Origin: Myxococcota bacterium
GTDB lineage: Bacteria > Myxococcota_A > UBA796 > SXON01
Direction: 5' to 3'
Assembly: GCA_040386535.1 (NCBI GenBank)
Contig: JAZKFH010000015.1
Span: forward strand, 220,800-284,799
Length of the DNA stretch: 64,000 nt
The notes below the pieces were generated by a model. The model had not been told where the DNA came from. It worked only from the letters and a program-made list of their open reading frames with translations, and searched no databases. Made by a program: the position numbers and the translations under genes. Shown here in pieces: positions 8,125 to 16,190 of the stretch (within the stretch, counting starts at the first letter, position 1; every line of letters begins with the position of its first letter).

Positions 8125-11100
8125 TTAGGGCTCGGATTCGATGGTACCGGCGAAGGTCGAGGGCGCCGAGTAACGGGGCTCCGGGATCTTCTCGAACAGG
8201 CCCGGGAAGTCGTCGGGGCGCAGGACGCCCAGGCGACGGGTCGCGTTCGCGGTGTTGTCGTTGTACAGGTTGAGCTCGTAGGACTTCTCGAGCGCCGCCG
8301 AGTAGGCCGCGGCCGCCTTCTCGATCTGCGGGTACGCCTTGTCCTCGAGCGCCATCGTGTAGAGCTCCTTCTGGTCCGCCGTGAGGTAGGTCGGGATCCA
8401 GGAGCCCTTGAGCGACTCGCTGAGGTTCTCGTAGGCCGACCCGAGGCGGGCCAGGGCCGCGAGACCCCACTCACCGGCGCCGGTGCCGATGATGCCGGCG
8501 TAGGTCTTCTCGACCTCGCTCATCGCCTTGACCTTGGACACGAGCTGGTCGGTCAGGAGCTTGTCGGTCTGCTTCTGGTTCAGCTTCTTGTCGCCGGGGC
8601 CGCTGATCTTCATCGCCATGTACGACTGGTACTGGGGCTCGGCGAGGATGTACATGATCTGCGCCACGTACTCGACGGAGAGCTCGAAGGTCGCGCCGGC
8701 CTTCTTCTGGGCCTCGAAGAACGCGACGGTCTCCTTCCAATGGGTGCCGACCTTGGCGCCCTGGCCGAGCTTGTCCATCAGGAGGCCGTAGTGGAGGCGG
8801 GCGTACATGAGTTCGTCGAGCGAGCCCATGACCTGCGGGGGCTGGCCCTTCGCGGCCGGCTTCGGCGTGTAGAACTCGAGGTAGACCTTGGAGGCCTCGG
8901 CCCACTTCTCGTGCTCTTCGTAGATGCGCGCGATGTCGAGCTTGATGCCGTTGAGGTTGGGCTTGTCCTTGAACTCCGTGATGTACATCTGGTAGTTCTT
9001 GACCGCCTGCTCCCACTGCCCGAGCGAGTTGCGGAACAACGCCGCCGAGTAGAGCGCGTCGGACGCGCCCGGATGCGCCCGGTCGAGCGTGAACAACTTC
9101 TCGTACCAGTTCGCGGCCTCGCCAAAGTTGGCGATCGACTCGTAGTCGAAGCCCAACGCGGCGACCTGGTCCTTGTAGAACTTGGACTTGGGGAACTTGT
9201 CGACGATGACGTGACGGACCTTCATCGAGTCGGTCACGTTGCCGAGATCACGGTAGTAGACCGCGGCGTTGTTCAACGCGAGGTCGGCGTTCTGCGAGGA
9301 CGGGAACTCCTGGTAGAAGGCCCAGTAGTCGGCCGCGCCCTGCTTCTTGTCCGAGGTCTTCTTGAAGTTGATCTCGATGAACTTCAGCGAGGAGTTCTCG
9401 TAGATGCCGTAGACCTCCTTCTTGAAGGAGTCGGAGCCGAGCCCGGCCTGGTCGTAGTAGAACTTGCTGTTCTTCTTCAGGTTGTCCCAGTCCTCGACCA
9501 GCGCGAAGCTGTCGAGGATGAGGTTGGCCGCCTGCTCGGCTTCCTTGGACTTGGGGTCCATGGAGATGACGACGTTGAAGCGCTCGGACGCTTCCTTGAA
9601 CTGATTCTTGTTGTAGAGGAGGTACGCCGATTTGTAGATGATCTGGCGCGCCTTCGGATCGGTGGGGAAGAGCTCGCGGAACTGGTCCAGCGCCTTGAGC
9701 TGCTTCTGCTCCCAATCGGAGAGGGGGATCGCGTCGGTCTTCTTCCCGGGGTCGGGACCGCCGGTGCCGGCGTTCTTGGCCTCGCGCTTGATCATCTCCT
9801 CGGCGGCGAAGATGGCGGACTCGGCGCAGAAGCGCGAGTGCTGGCCCTTCGTGTCGATGCTGACGACCTTCATGTACTGGTCGTACGCGGAGTCGAACTT
9901 CTTGATCGTGTACAGCAGCTCGGAGTACGAGTACCGCACCTCGTAGCTGTACTTGGAGTCCGGGAACTCCTGGATGTAGACCTCGTAGGCCTTCTCCGCG
10001 AGCGCGTAGGTCGCGGCGGCCTGGGAGCCGGTCTTGAGCTTCTTGGCTTCGTTGTGGTAGTTGATGGCTACCGTACGGAGGCCCTTCTCGATGAACTCTT
10101 CGGCGGTCTTGACGGCGTCCTGGTTCGACGCGTTGGTGCGCGCCCAGGAGCTCTGCTTGCCGTAGTTCTTGAGGAGACGGTCGATCTCGGCGAGCGTGTC
10201 CTCCTTCTTGCCCATCTTCGTGTAGGCCTGGATGATCTCGTTCTGGAAGTCCGGGGCGGCGGGGCCGGCCGGATCCTCCGCGATCAAGCGGCGGTACGTC
10301 TGGATGGACGACTCGAACTTGCCCTGCTCGAAGTAGGTCGACGCGAGACGCTTGAGCATGTCGCGGATGAGCTCTTTCTTGCCGAGCTTGTTGAAGTACT
10401 CGTAGGCCTCGTCCATCTCGCCGGCGTCGGCGAAGAAGCGGACGAGATCCTTGAGCGCTTCATCCTGGAGCTGGAGGGTCTTCATGACCGGCTTGCCGTC
10501 GGCTCCGACGGCGCCCTCGCTCATGGAGTACGACACGACCGCCTTCATCTTGTCGATGGCGGTCGGGTAGTCACCCACGTTGTAGTAGCACCACGCGAGC
10601 TTGTAGTTCGCGAAGGCGTACTTCTCGTGATCCTTGTACGCCGCGGCCTTCTGGTAGGCGTTGAGCGCCTTGTAGGCCTCGTTCTTGTCGAACCAGTACT
10701 CGCCGATGAGCACGTAGGCGTCGGGGACGAACCGGCTCTCGGGGTAGGTCTTCACCAGCTTGGTGAACTCGGCGTTCGCCGGGTCGGTCTGTCCGGTGTC
10801 GGAGAGCGCCTGCCCGAGGTAGAACGTCGCCTCGTCGGCGCGTTGGTACTGCGGGTAGCTGGCGAGGATCTGCTTGTAGAGCTTGATGCTCTTGTCCTGC
10901 CAGCCGCGCGACTCCTTGACGTAGTCGGCCTGCTTGATGTTGTCGGTGTTCCCGTTGGGCTTGTTGAACTCTTCGTCAACCGCCTTCTGGAAGACGCCCA
11001 TCTCCGTGAGGTAGAGCTCACGGCCCTCCTCGAAGTAGAGGTCCGCGAGGCGGAGGAGCATCTCCGCCTTCTGGTCACCCGACGCCGTGGTGTTGGAGAT

Positions 11101-11334
11101 GATCTCCTTCAACCGGGAGATCGACTCGAGGCGCGCCTGGCGGGCGGCGGCCCGCAGGGCCTCCGACTGCTGGGAGGCAGCGTCGACGTCCGTGGCCTTG
11201 AGGACACGGCGCTCGGCCTTCTGGTCGCGGCTCTGGGCGTAGGCTGCGGTGGGTGCGAGGGTCGCCTCGAGGGCACTTGCTCCCAGGAGGAGGCTCAGCG
11301 CGAGGCCGACGCGAGGAGAAAACATGCGTTCCAT
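8125..11334 (-). CDS. gltD: GltD/NfsD (AgmU-like) large periplasmic TPR protein
   Basis: 1069 aa with signal peptide and extensive TPRs (EMLLRLADLYFEE, YPESRFVPDAYVLIGEYWF, YKLAWCYYN). Position in cluster agrees. Confidence 0.85.
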   Translation of the reverse strand: MERMFSPRVGLALSLLLGASALEATLAPTAAYAQSRDQKAERRVLKATDVDAASQQSEALRAAARQARLESISRLKEIISNTTASGDQKAEMLLRLADLYFEEGRELYLTEMGVFQKAVDEEFNKPNGNTDNIKQADYVKESRGWQDKSIKLYKQILASYPQYQRADEATFYLGQALSDTGQTDPANAEFTKLVKTYPESRFVPDAYVLIGEYWFDKNEAYKALNAYQKAAAYKDHEKYAFANYKLAWCYYNVGDYPTAIDKMKAVVSYSMSEGAVGADGKPVMKTLQLQDEALKDLVRFFADAGEMDEAYEYFNKLGKKELIRDMLKRLASTYFEQGKFESSIQTYRRLIAEDPAGPAAPDFQNEIIQAYTKMGKKEDTLAEIDRLLKNYGKQSSWARTNASNQDAVKTAEEFIEKGLRTVAINYHNEAKKLKTGSQAAATYALAEKAYEVYIQEFPDSKYSYEVRYSYSELLYTIKKFDSAYDQYMKVVSIDTKGQHSRFCAESAIFAAEEMIKREAKNAGTGGPDPGKKTDAIPLSDWEQKQLKALDQFRELFPTDPKARQIIYKSAYLLYNKNQFKEASERFNVVISMDPKSKEAEQAANLILDSFALVEDWDNLKKNSKFYYDQAGLGSDSFKKEVYGIYENSSLKFIEINFKKTSDKKQGAADYWAFYQEFPSSQNADLALNNAAVYYRDLGNVTDSMKVRHVIVDKFPKSKFYKDQVAALGFDYESIANFGEAANWYEKLFTLDRAHPGASDALYSAALFRNSLGQWEQAVKNYQMYITEFKDKPNLNGIKLDIARIYEEHEKWAEASKVYLEFYTPKPAAKGQPPQVMGSLDELMYARLHYGLLMDKLGQGAKVGTHWKETVAFFEAQKKAGATFELSVEYVAQIMYILAEPQYQSYMAMKISGPGDKKLNQKQTDKLLTDQLVSKVKAMSEVEKTYAGIIGTGAGEWGLAALARLGSAYENLSESLKGSWIPTYLTADQKELYTMALEDKAYPQIEKAAAAYSAALEKSYELNLYNDNTANATRRLGVLRPDDFPGLFEKIPEPRYSAPSTFAGTIESEP

Positions 11335-11419
11335 GAATCGGACTCCTTGTCCACAACCGACGGGTCGACCGCAGGTCAGGGGCGCGCCGAGGCCGCCCAG
11401 GATGAAGGGGAGGAGAGGG

Positions 11420-13303
11420 CTACTTGCAGGACCCCTGCTCGGTGTACCGATAGTACCCGAGCTCGTCCTGCCAGAATTCGCCGTTGAACGGCCAGTAGAT
11501 CTTGTTGGCCGAAGTGCCGTAGTTGATGTCCACGTCCTTCGAGAGGTCCGACAGGTCGGGGGTGGACATCATGTAGTTGAGGATGCCGCGCTTGGCGTCG
11601 ATGACCTCGAACCGGATGATCTCCGCCTGGGTCAGCAGGTCCCCGACGTAGGTGGTCATGGTGACCATCTCCTGGAGGAGCGCCAGACCAGCGCGACGCT
11701 TCAGACGCTCGCGGTCCTCGGAGATGACCTTGTGGAGCTGTTCGCCCACGCCGTCCTTCCACTGGGACTTCTGCGAGTCGATGAGCGCCTCTTCGCGCTC
11801 CATGACCTCGAGGTGCGTCACGATGCCCGCGAGCTCTTGATCCCGCAGCACGCGCGTGAACATCGACTTCGGGAGCACGGTGTCCGCGGCCTTGGGGCCG
11901 AAGTACCGATCGTACGCCTGGTCGGCGAGCTTGCGGCCCTCCTCCGTGGAGTACTGCTTGAGGAAGTCCTTCATCTCGGCGTGCATCGGGCGGTAGCGCG
12001 CGTCGAAGTCGAGGAGGATGCGATCGACGTCGTCGTACTCGCAGAGGTTGAAGAACGTCAGCGCGCGGAGGACCGTGGCCTCGGGAACGAACTCGTCCTT
12101 GTTGTAGAACGGGCTCTCGAGGGTGAGGAGCTGGCCGAGCGTCAGGTTCAGGTCGGAGAGCATGAAGTTCGCCCACGCGCTCTCGAACAGGCTCTGCGGC
12201 CAGTAGCGGGAGTCGCGCGCCACGTACGCGTAGTACGTGTTGGCGTCCTTGAAGTTCTCGATGCTGTAGTAGATGCGCGCGATGTTCATCAGCGACAGAT
12301 CGCGGAGGCGATCGAGCTCTTCGAGCTCCTGCTGCGTCGAGGCCGAGGCCTCGGTGCGGGCCACGTCGGTGAAGGAGCGCACGGCGCTCTTCAGCTTGCC
12401 CTGCTTGTTGTAGATGACGCCTTCGAAGTACTTCGAGCGCGTGTACAGGTCGGACTTGTCCGAGACCTGGCCGAAGTACTTGCGCGCCTCGGTGAGCTTC
12501 TCCTGCTCGTAGAGCCGCACACCCAGCAGGTAGTAGAGCTGGTTGCGCGCGGAGCGGGGAAACTCCTCGGGCGGGATCTTCGCCACGATGCGGGCGAGAT
12601 CGGACTCGTCGCCCGTGTACTTGGCGATGCTCACCAGCTTGGGGAGCGCGTACTTGAAGTAGGGGTTGGACGGCCCCTTCTTCAATACTTCGATGAAGTA
12701 GTATTGGGAGGAGTGGTACATCTCGAGGTCGTAGAGCGACCGTGCGAGGTAGTACAGGATCTTGCTCTCCTTGTCCGGGTACTGGTTCTCCTGCAGCATC
12801 CGGTGGAGCTCGTAGCTCGCCGTGAGCGGCTTCTTGGCGTTGTACGCCTTGACCGCGCTCTCGAGGCCCTCGGGGTCACGCCCCTCGTCCTCGCTCTCGC
12901 CGTTCTCGTCGGGCGAGTCCTGGAGGGTCTTGCTGCCAGACTTCTTGGCGCCGATCGCCTCGGTGTTCTGGTACTCCTCGTCCTCGGCCTTGCCGCCCGA
13001 CTTGGTCGCCTTGGTGGTCTCCCCGCGAACGGGATCGGCCTCCTCGTCAGGCGTGTCTTTCTGCATGAGGGCCTTCGCCGCGGCGATGACCTCGGCCGGC
13101 GCGCCCTCGTTGGTGAGGCAGCGAACGTCGTCCGACGAGAACTGTTGCCCGGCGTCGTCGATGGTCTGCACCACGATGGACGCAGGCACGTTGACGTTCA
13201 CCATGTTCATGATCTCTTCGCACGACAACGCGTGTGCGGACGGAGACCAGAGCAGGGCGAGGGCGAGCGCGGGAGCGAGCGGAAGGAGGTTCGACTTCAT
13301 CAC
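11420..13303 (-). CDS. gltC: GltC/NfsC-like periplasmic TPR protein
   Basis: Signal peptide, acidic linker, TPRs, 'SLFESAWA..L...LGQLLTLESPF' and C-terminal 'YWPFNGEFWQDELGYYRY....SC'. Confidence 0.88.
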   Translation of the reverse strand: MMKSNLLPLAPALALALLWSPSAHALSCEEIMNMVNVNVPASIVVQTIDDAGQQFSSDDVRCLTNEGAPAEVIAAAKALMQKDTPDEEADPVRGETTKATKSGGKAEDEEYQNTEAIGAKKSGSKTLQDSPDENGESEDEGRDPEGLESAVKAYNAKKPLTASYELHRMLQENQYPDKESKILYYLARSLYDLEMYHSSQYYFIEVLKKGPSNPYFKYALPKLVSIAKYTGDESDLARIVAKIPPEEFPRSARNQLYYLLGVRLYEQEKLTEARKYFGQVSDKSDLYTRSKYFEGVIYNKQGKLKSAVRSFTDVARTEASASTQQELEELDRLRDLSLMNIARIYYSIENFKDANTYYAYVARDSRYWPQSLFESAWANFMLSDLNLTLGQLLTLESPFYNKDEFVPEATVLRALTFFNLCEYDDVDRILLDFDARYRPMHAEMKDFLKQYSTEEGRKLADQAYDRYFGPKAADTVLPKSMFTRVLRDQELAGIVTHLEVMEREEALIDSQKSQWKDGVGEQLHKVISEDRERLKRRAGLALLQEMVTMTTYVGDLLTQAEIIRFEVIDAKRGILNYMMSTPDLSDLSKDVDINYGTSANKIYWPFNGEFWQDELGYYRYTEQGSCK

Positions 13304-14175
13304 TTCATGCCCGGGAGAAAGAAGGCTACGCTGGCCTGGACGATGAAGTTGTTCTTCATCTCCAGCGTGGTGGAGTTGACGGTCTCGATGTAGGACATCG
13401 ACTTGCCCTCGACGCGGGCCGTGACGCCCTGGCTGAACGCGATGCGGGCGCCGCCGCCCACGATCGTGGTGGGGTGCACCTGGTTCTGCGTGAGGACCGC
13501 GGAGTCATCCGTGTTCTGGAGGGCGACGAGGTCGTCCTGCGTCGCGGTGACGCCGAGGCCGAAGTACCCGAAGATGTCGAACGCGATGATCTTCCGCCCG
13601 ACGGCGACCTTGCCGTAGATGGGCGAGAACGCCATCGCGAGGCTGCCGTTCGCGGTGAGCTTCGAGATGTCGGGGGACACGCTGTTCTCGATCAGGAGCT
13701 GCTTGGAGAGCGGCTTCCAGTCCGGATCGTTCTCGCCACCCTGGCCGAGGATCGGCGCGTACCCGAGCTGAAGCTCGAGCGCGAGCACCTCGGTCATGTG
13801 GTAGTCGAAGATGCCGTTGACCATGTAGCGGTTGAGGAACGGATCGTTCGCGACGAAACCCAGGCCGAACCCCGCTTCGTAGCGGTGGATCTTCATGAAG
13901 TTCTTCTTCTGGATCGTCTTGATGATCTTGCGGCGCTTGTCGTCTTCGCCGGGGAGCGAAGGCGCGGCGTCGACCGGAGCACCCTTCTTGACCGAGTCGC
14001 GCTCGGACTTCACGGAGTCCTCGGGCAGGTCCTCGTCTTCTTCGTCCTGCACCAGGGCGTCGGAGGACACGGAGGTGACGGTCACGGGCGCGGGGGCGAC
14101 GGTCGGCTCCTCGGCACGAGCAGTGCCGAGGGAGAGCGCGAGCAGCGGGAGGCTGAACATGAAGCTGGACATCAA
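13300..14175 (-). CDS. GltA/GltB-family outer-membrane beta-barrel protein
   Basis: 'IQKKNFMKIHRYE......NDPF', 'FSPIYGKVA', 'FDIFGYFGLG', C-terminal FFLPG. Overlaps the gltC start (ATGA). Cannot tell GltA from GltB by eye. Confidence 0.82.
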   Translation of the reverse strand: MMSSFMFSLPLLALSLGTARAEEPTVAPAPVTVTSVSSDALVQDEEDEDLPEDSVKSERDSVKKGAPVDAAPSLPGEDDKRRKIIKTIQKKNFMKIHRYEAGFGLGFVANDPFLNRYMVNGIFDYHMTEVLALELQLGYAPILGQGGENDPDWKPLSKQLLIENSVSPDISKLTANGSLAMAFSPIYGKVAVGRKIIAFDIFGYFGLGVTATQDDLVALQNTDDSAVLTQNQVHPTTIVGGGARIAFSQGVTARVEGKSMSYIETVNSTTLEMKNNFIVQASVAFFLPGMK

Positions 14176-14191
14176 GTGTGCTCTCCCGACC

Positions 14192-15094
14192 TTAGAAGTT
14201 GAACATCCGCGGCTTCATCCGCGGAATGAAGATGCTGACGCCGGCGGTCGTGAGGAACGTGTTGTACAGACGCGTCTCCAGCTCGGCGGGCTCGCCATTG
14301 GGGAGCTTGTTCCCGTAGTCCGGCTCATCCGCGATGTAGAAGGCGCCGCGCGCGTCGATCTTCAGCGCGATGGACTGCGTGAGGAAGAAGTTCAGGCCGA
14401 TCCCGAGGTTCAAAGCGGGGTACGCCTCGGTCTTCGGGCTGGTGGTCGGGATCGCCGGATCGGCGCCCTCCACGCCGGCCGCGTAGTCCGGGTTGATGCT
14501 CGCGAAGTCCTTCGTGACCAACAGGAGGCCGACACCGGCGGTGCCGTACACGTCGAAGTTGAGCACGCCTTCACCGATGAGGTTGATCTTGCCGTAGACC
14601 GGCGACCAACGCGCGGAGAAGATCGCCCCGAGCTGCAGCCGATCGAGCGGCTGGCGGAACGTCGTGTTCTCGTTCCCTTCGTACGCGATGCCGACGAGGG
14701 TCTGGGTGAGCCCCTTCATGCCGCCCGCGCCGGTGTTGGGCGCGTAGAGGAACGTGCCTTCGGCGGCGAAGCTGTCACTGAAGTGGTAGGCGGCGACGGC
14801 CCCGCCGTACACACTCGTGACGAACGCGTTGTTCGGGACGTAGCCGAGGACCGGCGCGATCTCGAACCGGTTCGCCTTCACGAAGAACTTGTTCTGGATG
14901 AGGCTCGTGGGGACTTTCTTGCCCTGGATCTCCTCCATCGCCTGTTCGGCGGGGTGGTCGGCGGCGACAGCTTCAGGCACGGCGGCCATGAGCCCCACGA
15001 GACCGAGGATGATCGACAGCTTGGAACACAGCTGTGAGTACAGCTGTGAGGACAGCTTGTGTCGTGTCGGGCGGGGGACCGGCAACGTGGTCAT
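14192..15094 (-). CDS. GltA/GltB-family outer-membrane beta-barrel protein
   Basis: 'IQNKFFVKANRFEIAP....NNAF', 'WSPVYGKINL', 'FDVYGTAGVG'. Paralog of the neighbouring gene. Exact start uncertain. Confidence 0.82.
   Translation of the reverse strand: MTTLPVPRPTRHKLSSQLYSQLCSKLSIILGLVGLMAAVPEAVAADHPAEQAMEEIQGKKVPTSLIQNKFFVKANRFEIAPVLGYVPNNAFVTSVYGGAVAAYHFSDSFAAEGTFLYAPNTGAGGMKGLTQTLVGIAYEGNENTTFRQPLDRLQLGAIFSARWSPVYGKINLIGEGVLNFDVYGTAGVGLLLVTKDFASINPDYAAGVEGADPAIPTTSPKTEAYPALNLGIGLNFFLTQSIALKIDARGAFYIADEPDYGNKLPNGEPAELETRLYNTFLTTAGVSIFIPRMKPRMFNF
15015..15062. repeat. 4 x 12-bp imperfect tandem repeat
   Basis: GACAGCTTGGAA CACAGCTGTGAG TACAGCTGTGAG GACAGCTTGTGT. Confidence 0.8.
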
Positions 15095-15323
15095 TCAGGC
15101 TTCTCCGATGCTCCAGCAACGTGCTTAGGAGGGCAGGCACCCTCGCGGCCCGGGACTGTAGCACGGTTCCTGCGGTCGGGTAGTAGAAGGTCACGCGAGG
15201 CCACGTGTGGCTGTTCGTCGCCCTCGTCGGCATCGTGTCCGAGGGGCCCGCAGCGGCTGAGCGGGCCGCTCCGGGACCATCTGTCGGCCGTCGGGGGACG
15301 GTCTCTCGACCGCCCGGCGCCGC

Positions 15324-16190
15324 TCAGCGGAAGCGGACCGCGAGGGACGACCATGCCATTCCGCCGCGTCGGTCGCGCACCACCACCCAGAGCGTCGCGT
15401 CGGCGGCGCCGTCCGCGGGTGGGTAGTAGATCGCGTCGAAATGTGGCCAGAGATCGTTGGTCTGATCGAACTCGCCGGCCTCGGCGTACCACGTCAGGTA
15501 CGGCTCTTCGGTGCGGGTCTCCTCCACGCCGTCCTGGTTCACGAACGGGTAGGTCTCCACCGCCCCTTCGGGCAGCGACACGGCGAGTGTGTAGGGCTGG
15601 CCGCGGTCGACGGAAGCCACCGTTCCTTCCTGGATCTCCACGCCGTCCACCGAGATCGCCGCGATCGATGGGTTGTGGTTGGGGGCGAGGGACTCGCTGA
15701 CCGGAACGCGCTTGTAGGCCAGCTCGAGGTCGCTCTCGTCGAGCTCCTCTCCCTCGGGGATGGCTGTCACGTTCACGATCGCGGTGAGGCCCTCCACGCG
15801 GTCCTCGGCGGCGAGCGTGTCCAGCGCGTCGACCGGGACCTCCCAGACGGGCGGAAGGAACGGTTCGGCGCCGATGAATCCGGCGGCGTAGAGCGCCTCG
15901 AGATCGTCGGCCGAGATCTCTCCGCCCGTCTCCAGGCCCTCGAGCAGCGCCGGGTCGATGGCGCAGCCGAAGTCGTCGCCGCCCGAGAGGCAGGCGAACC
16001 ACACGGTGGAGGCCACCGGCACGACCGGCGACACCACGAGCGAGGTGAACGTGACGCGGTCTCCGGGGCGCGGCTCGGCGGGCTCGGCGGCGACAGCGAG
16101 CACCCGGAGGCGATCGATTTGCCAGCTCTCCGAGAGCTCGGTGGTCGTGCACCCCAATAGCGGCATCAGGAAGGCGAAGATCAGCGTCAA
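15324..16190 (-). CDS. Lipoprotein partner of the TonB-dependent receptor
   Basis: TTG start overlapping the receptor stop. Lipobox LLGC. 'LRVLAVAAEPAE..PG', 'PNHNP' and 'LWVVVRDRRGGMAW' motifs, typical of lipoproteins encoded after myxobacterial TBDRs. Confidence 0.75.
   Translation of the reverse strand: MTLIFAFLMPLLGCTTTELSESWQIDRLRVLAVAAEPAEPRPGDRVTFTSLVVSPVVPVASTVWFACLSGGDDFGCAIDPALLEGLETGGEISADDLEALYAAGFIGAEPFLPPVWEVPVDALDTLAAEDRVEGLTAIVNVTAIPEGEELDESDLELAYKRVPVSESLAPNHNPSIAAISVDGVEIQEGTVASVDRGQPYTLAVSLPEGAVETYPFVNQDGVEETRTEEPYLTWYAEAGEFDQTNDLWPHFDAIYYPPADGAADATLWVVVRDRRGGMAWSSLAVRFR

Noticed and set aside
6448..11487. 1679-aa plus-strand ORF, and similar giant ORFs at 270-2297, 23598-29411, 30962-34822, 51714-55547 and 59836-63807
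   Set aside because: Antisense shadows of recognisable genes. High-GC codon bias removes stops in the mirror frame, and the products are R/G/V/A-rich without motifs.
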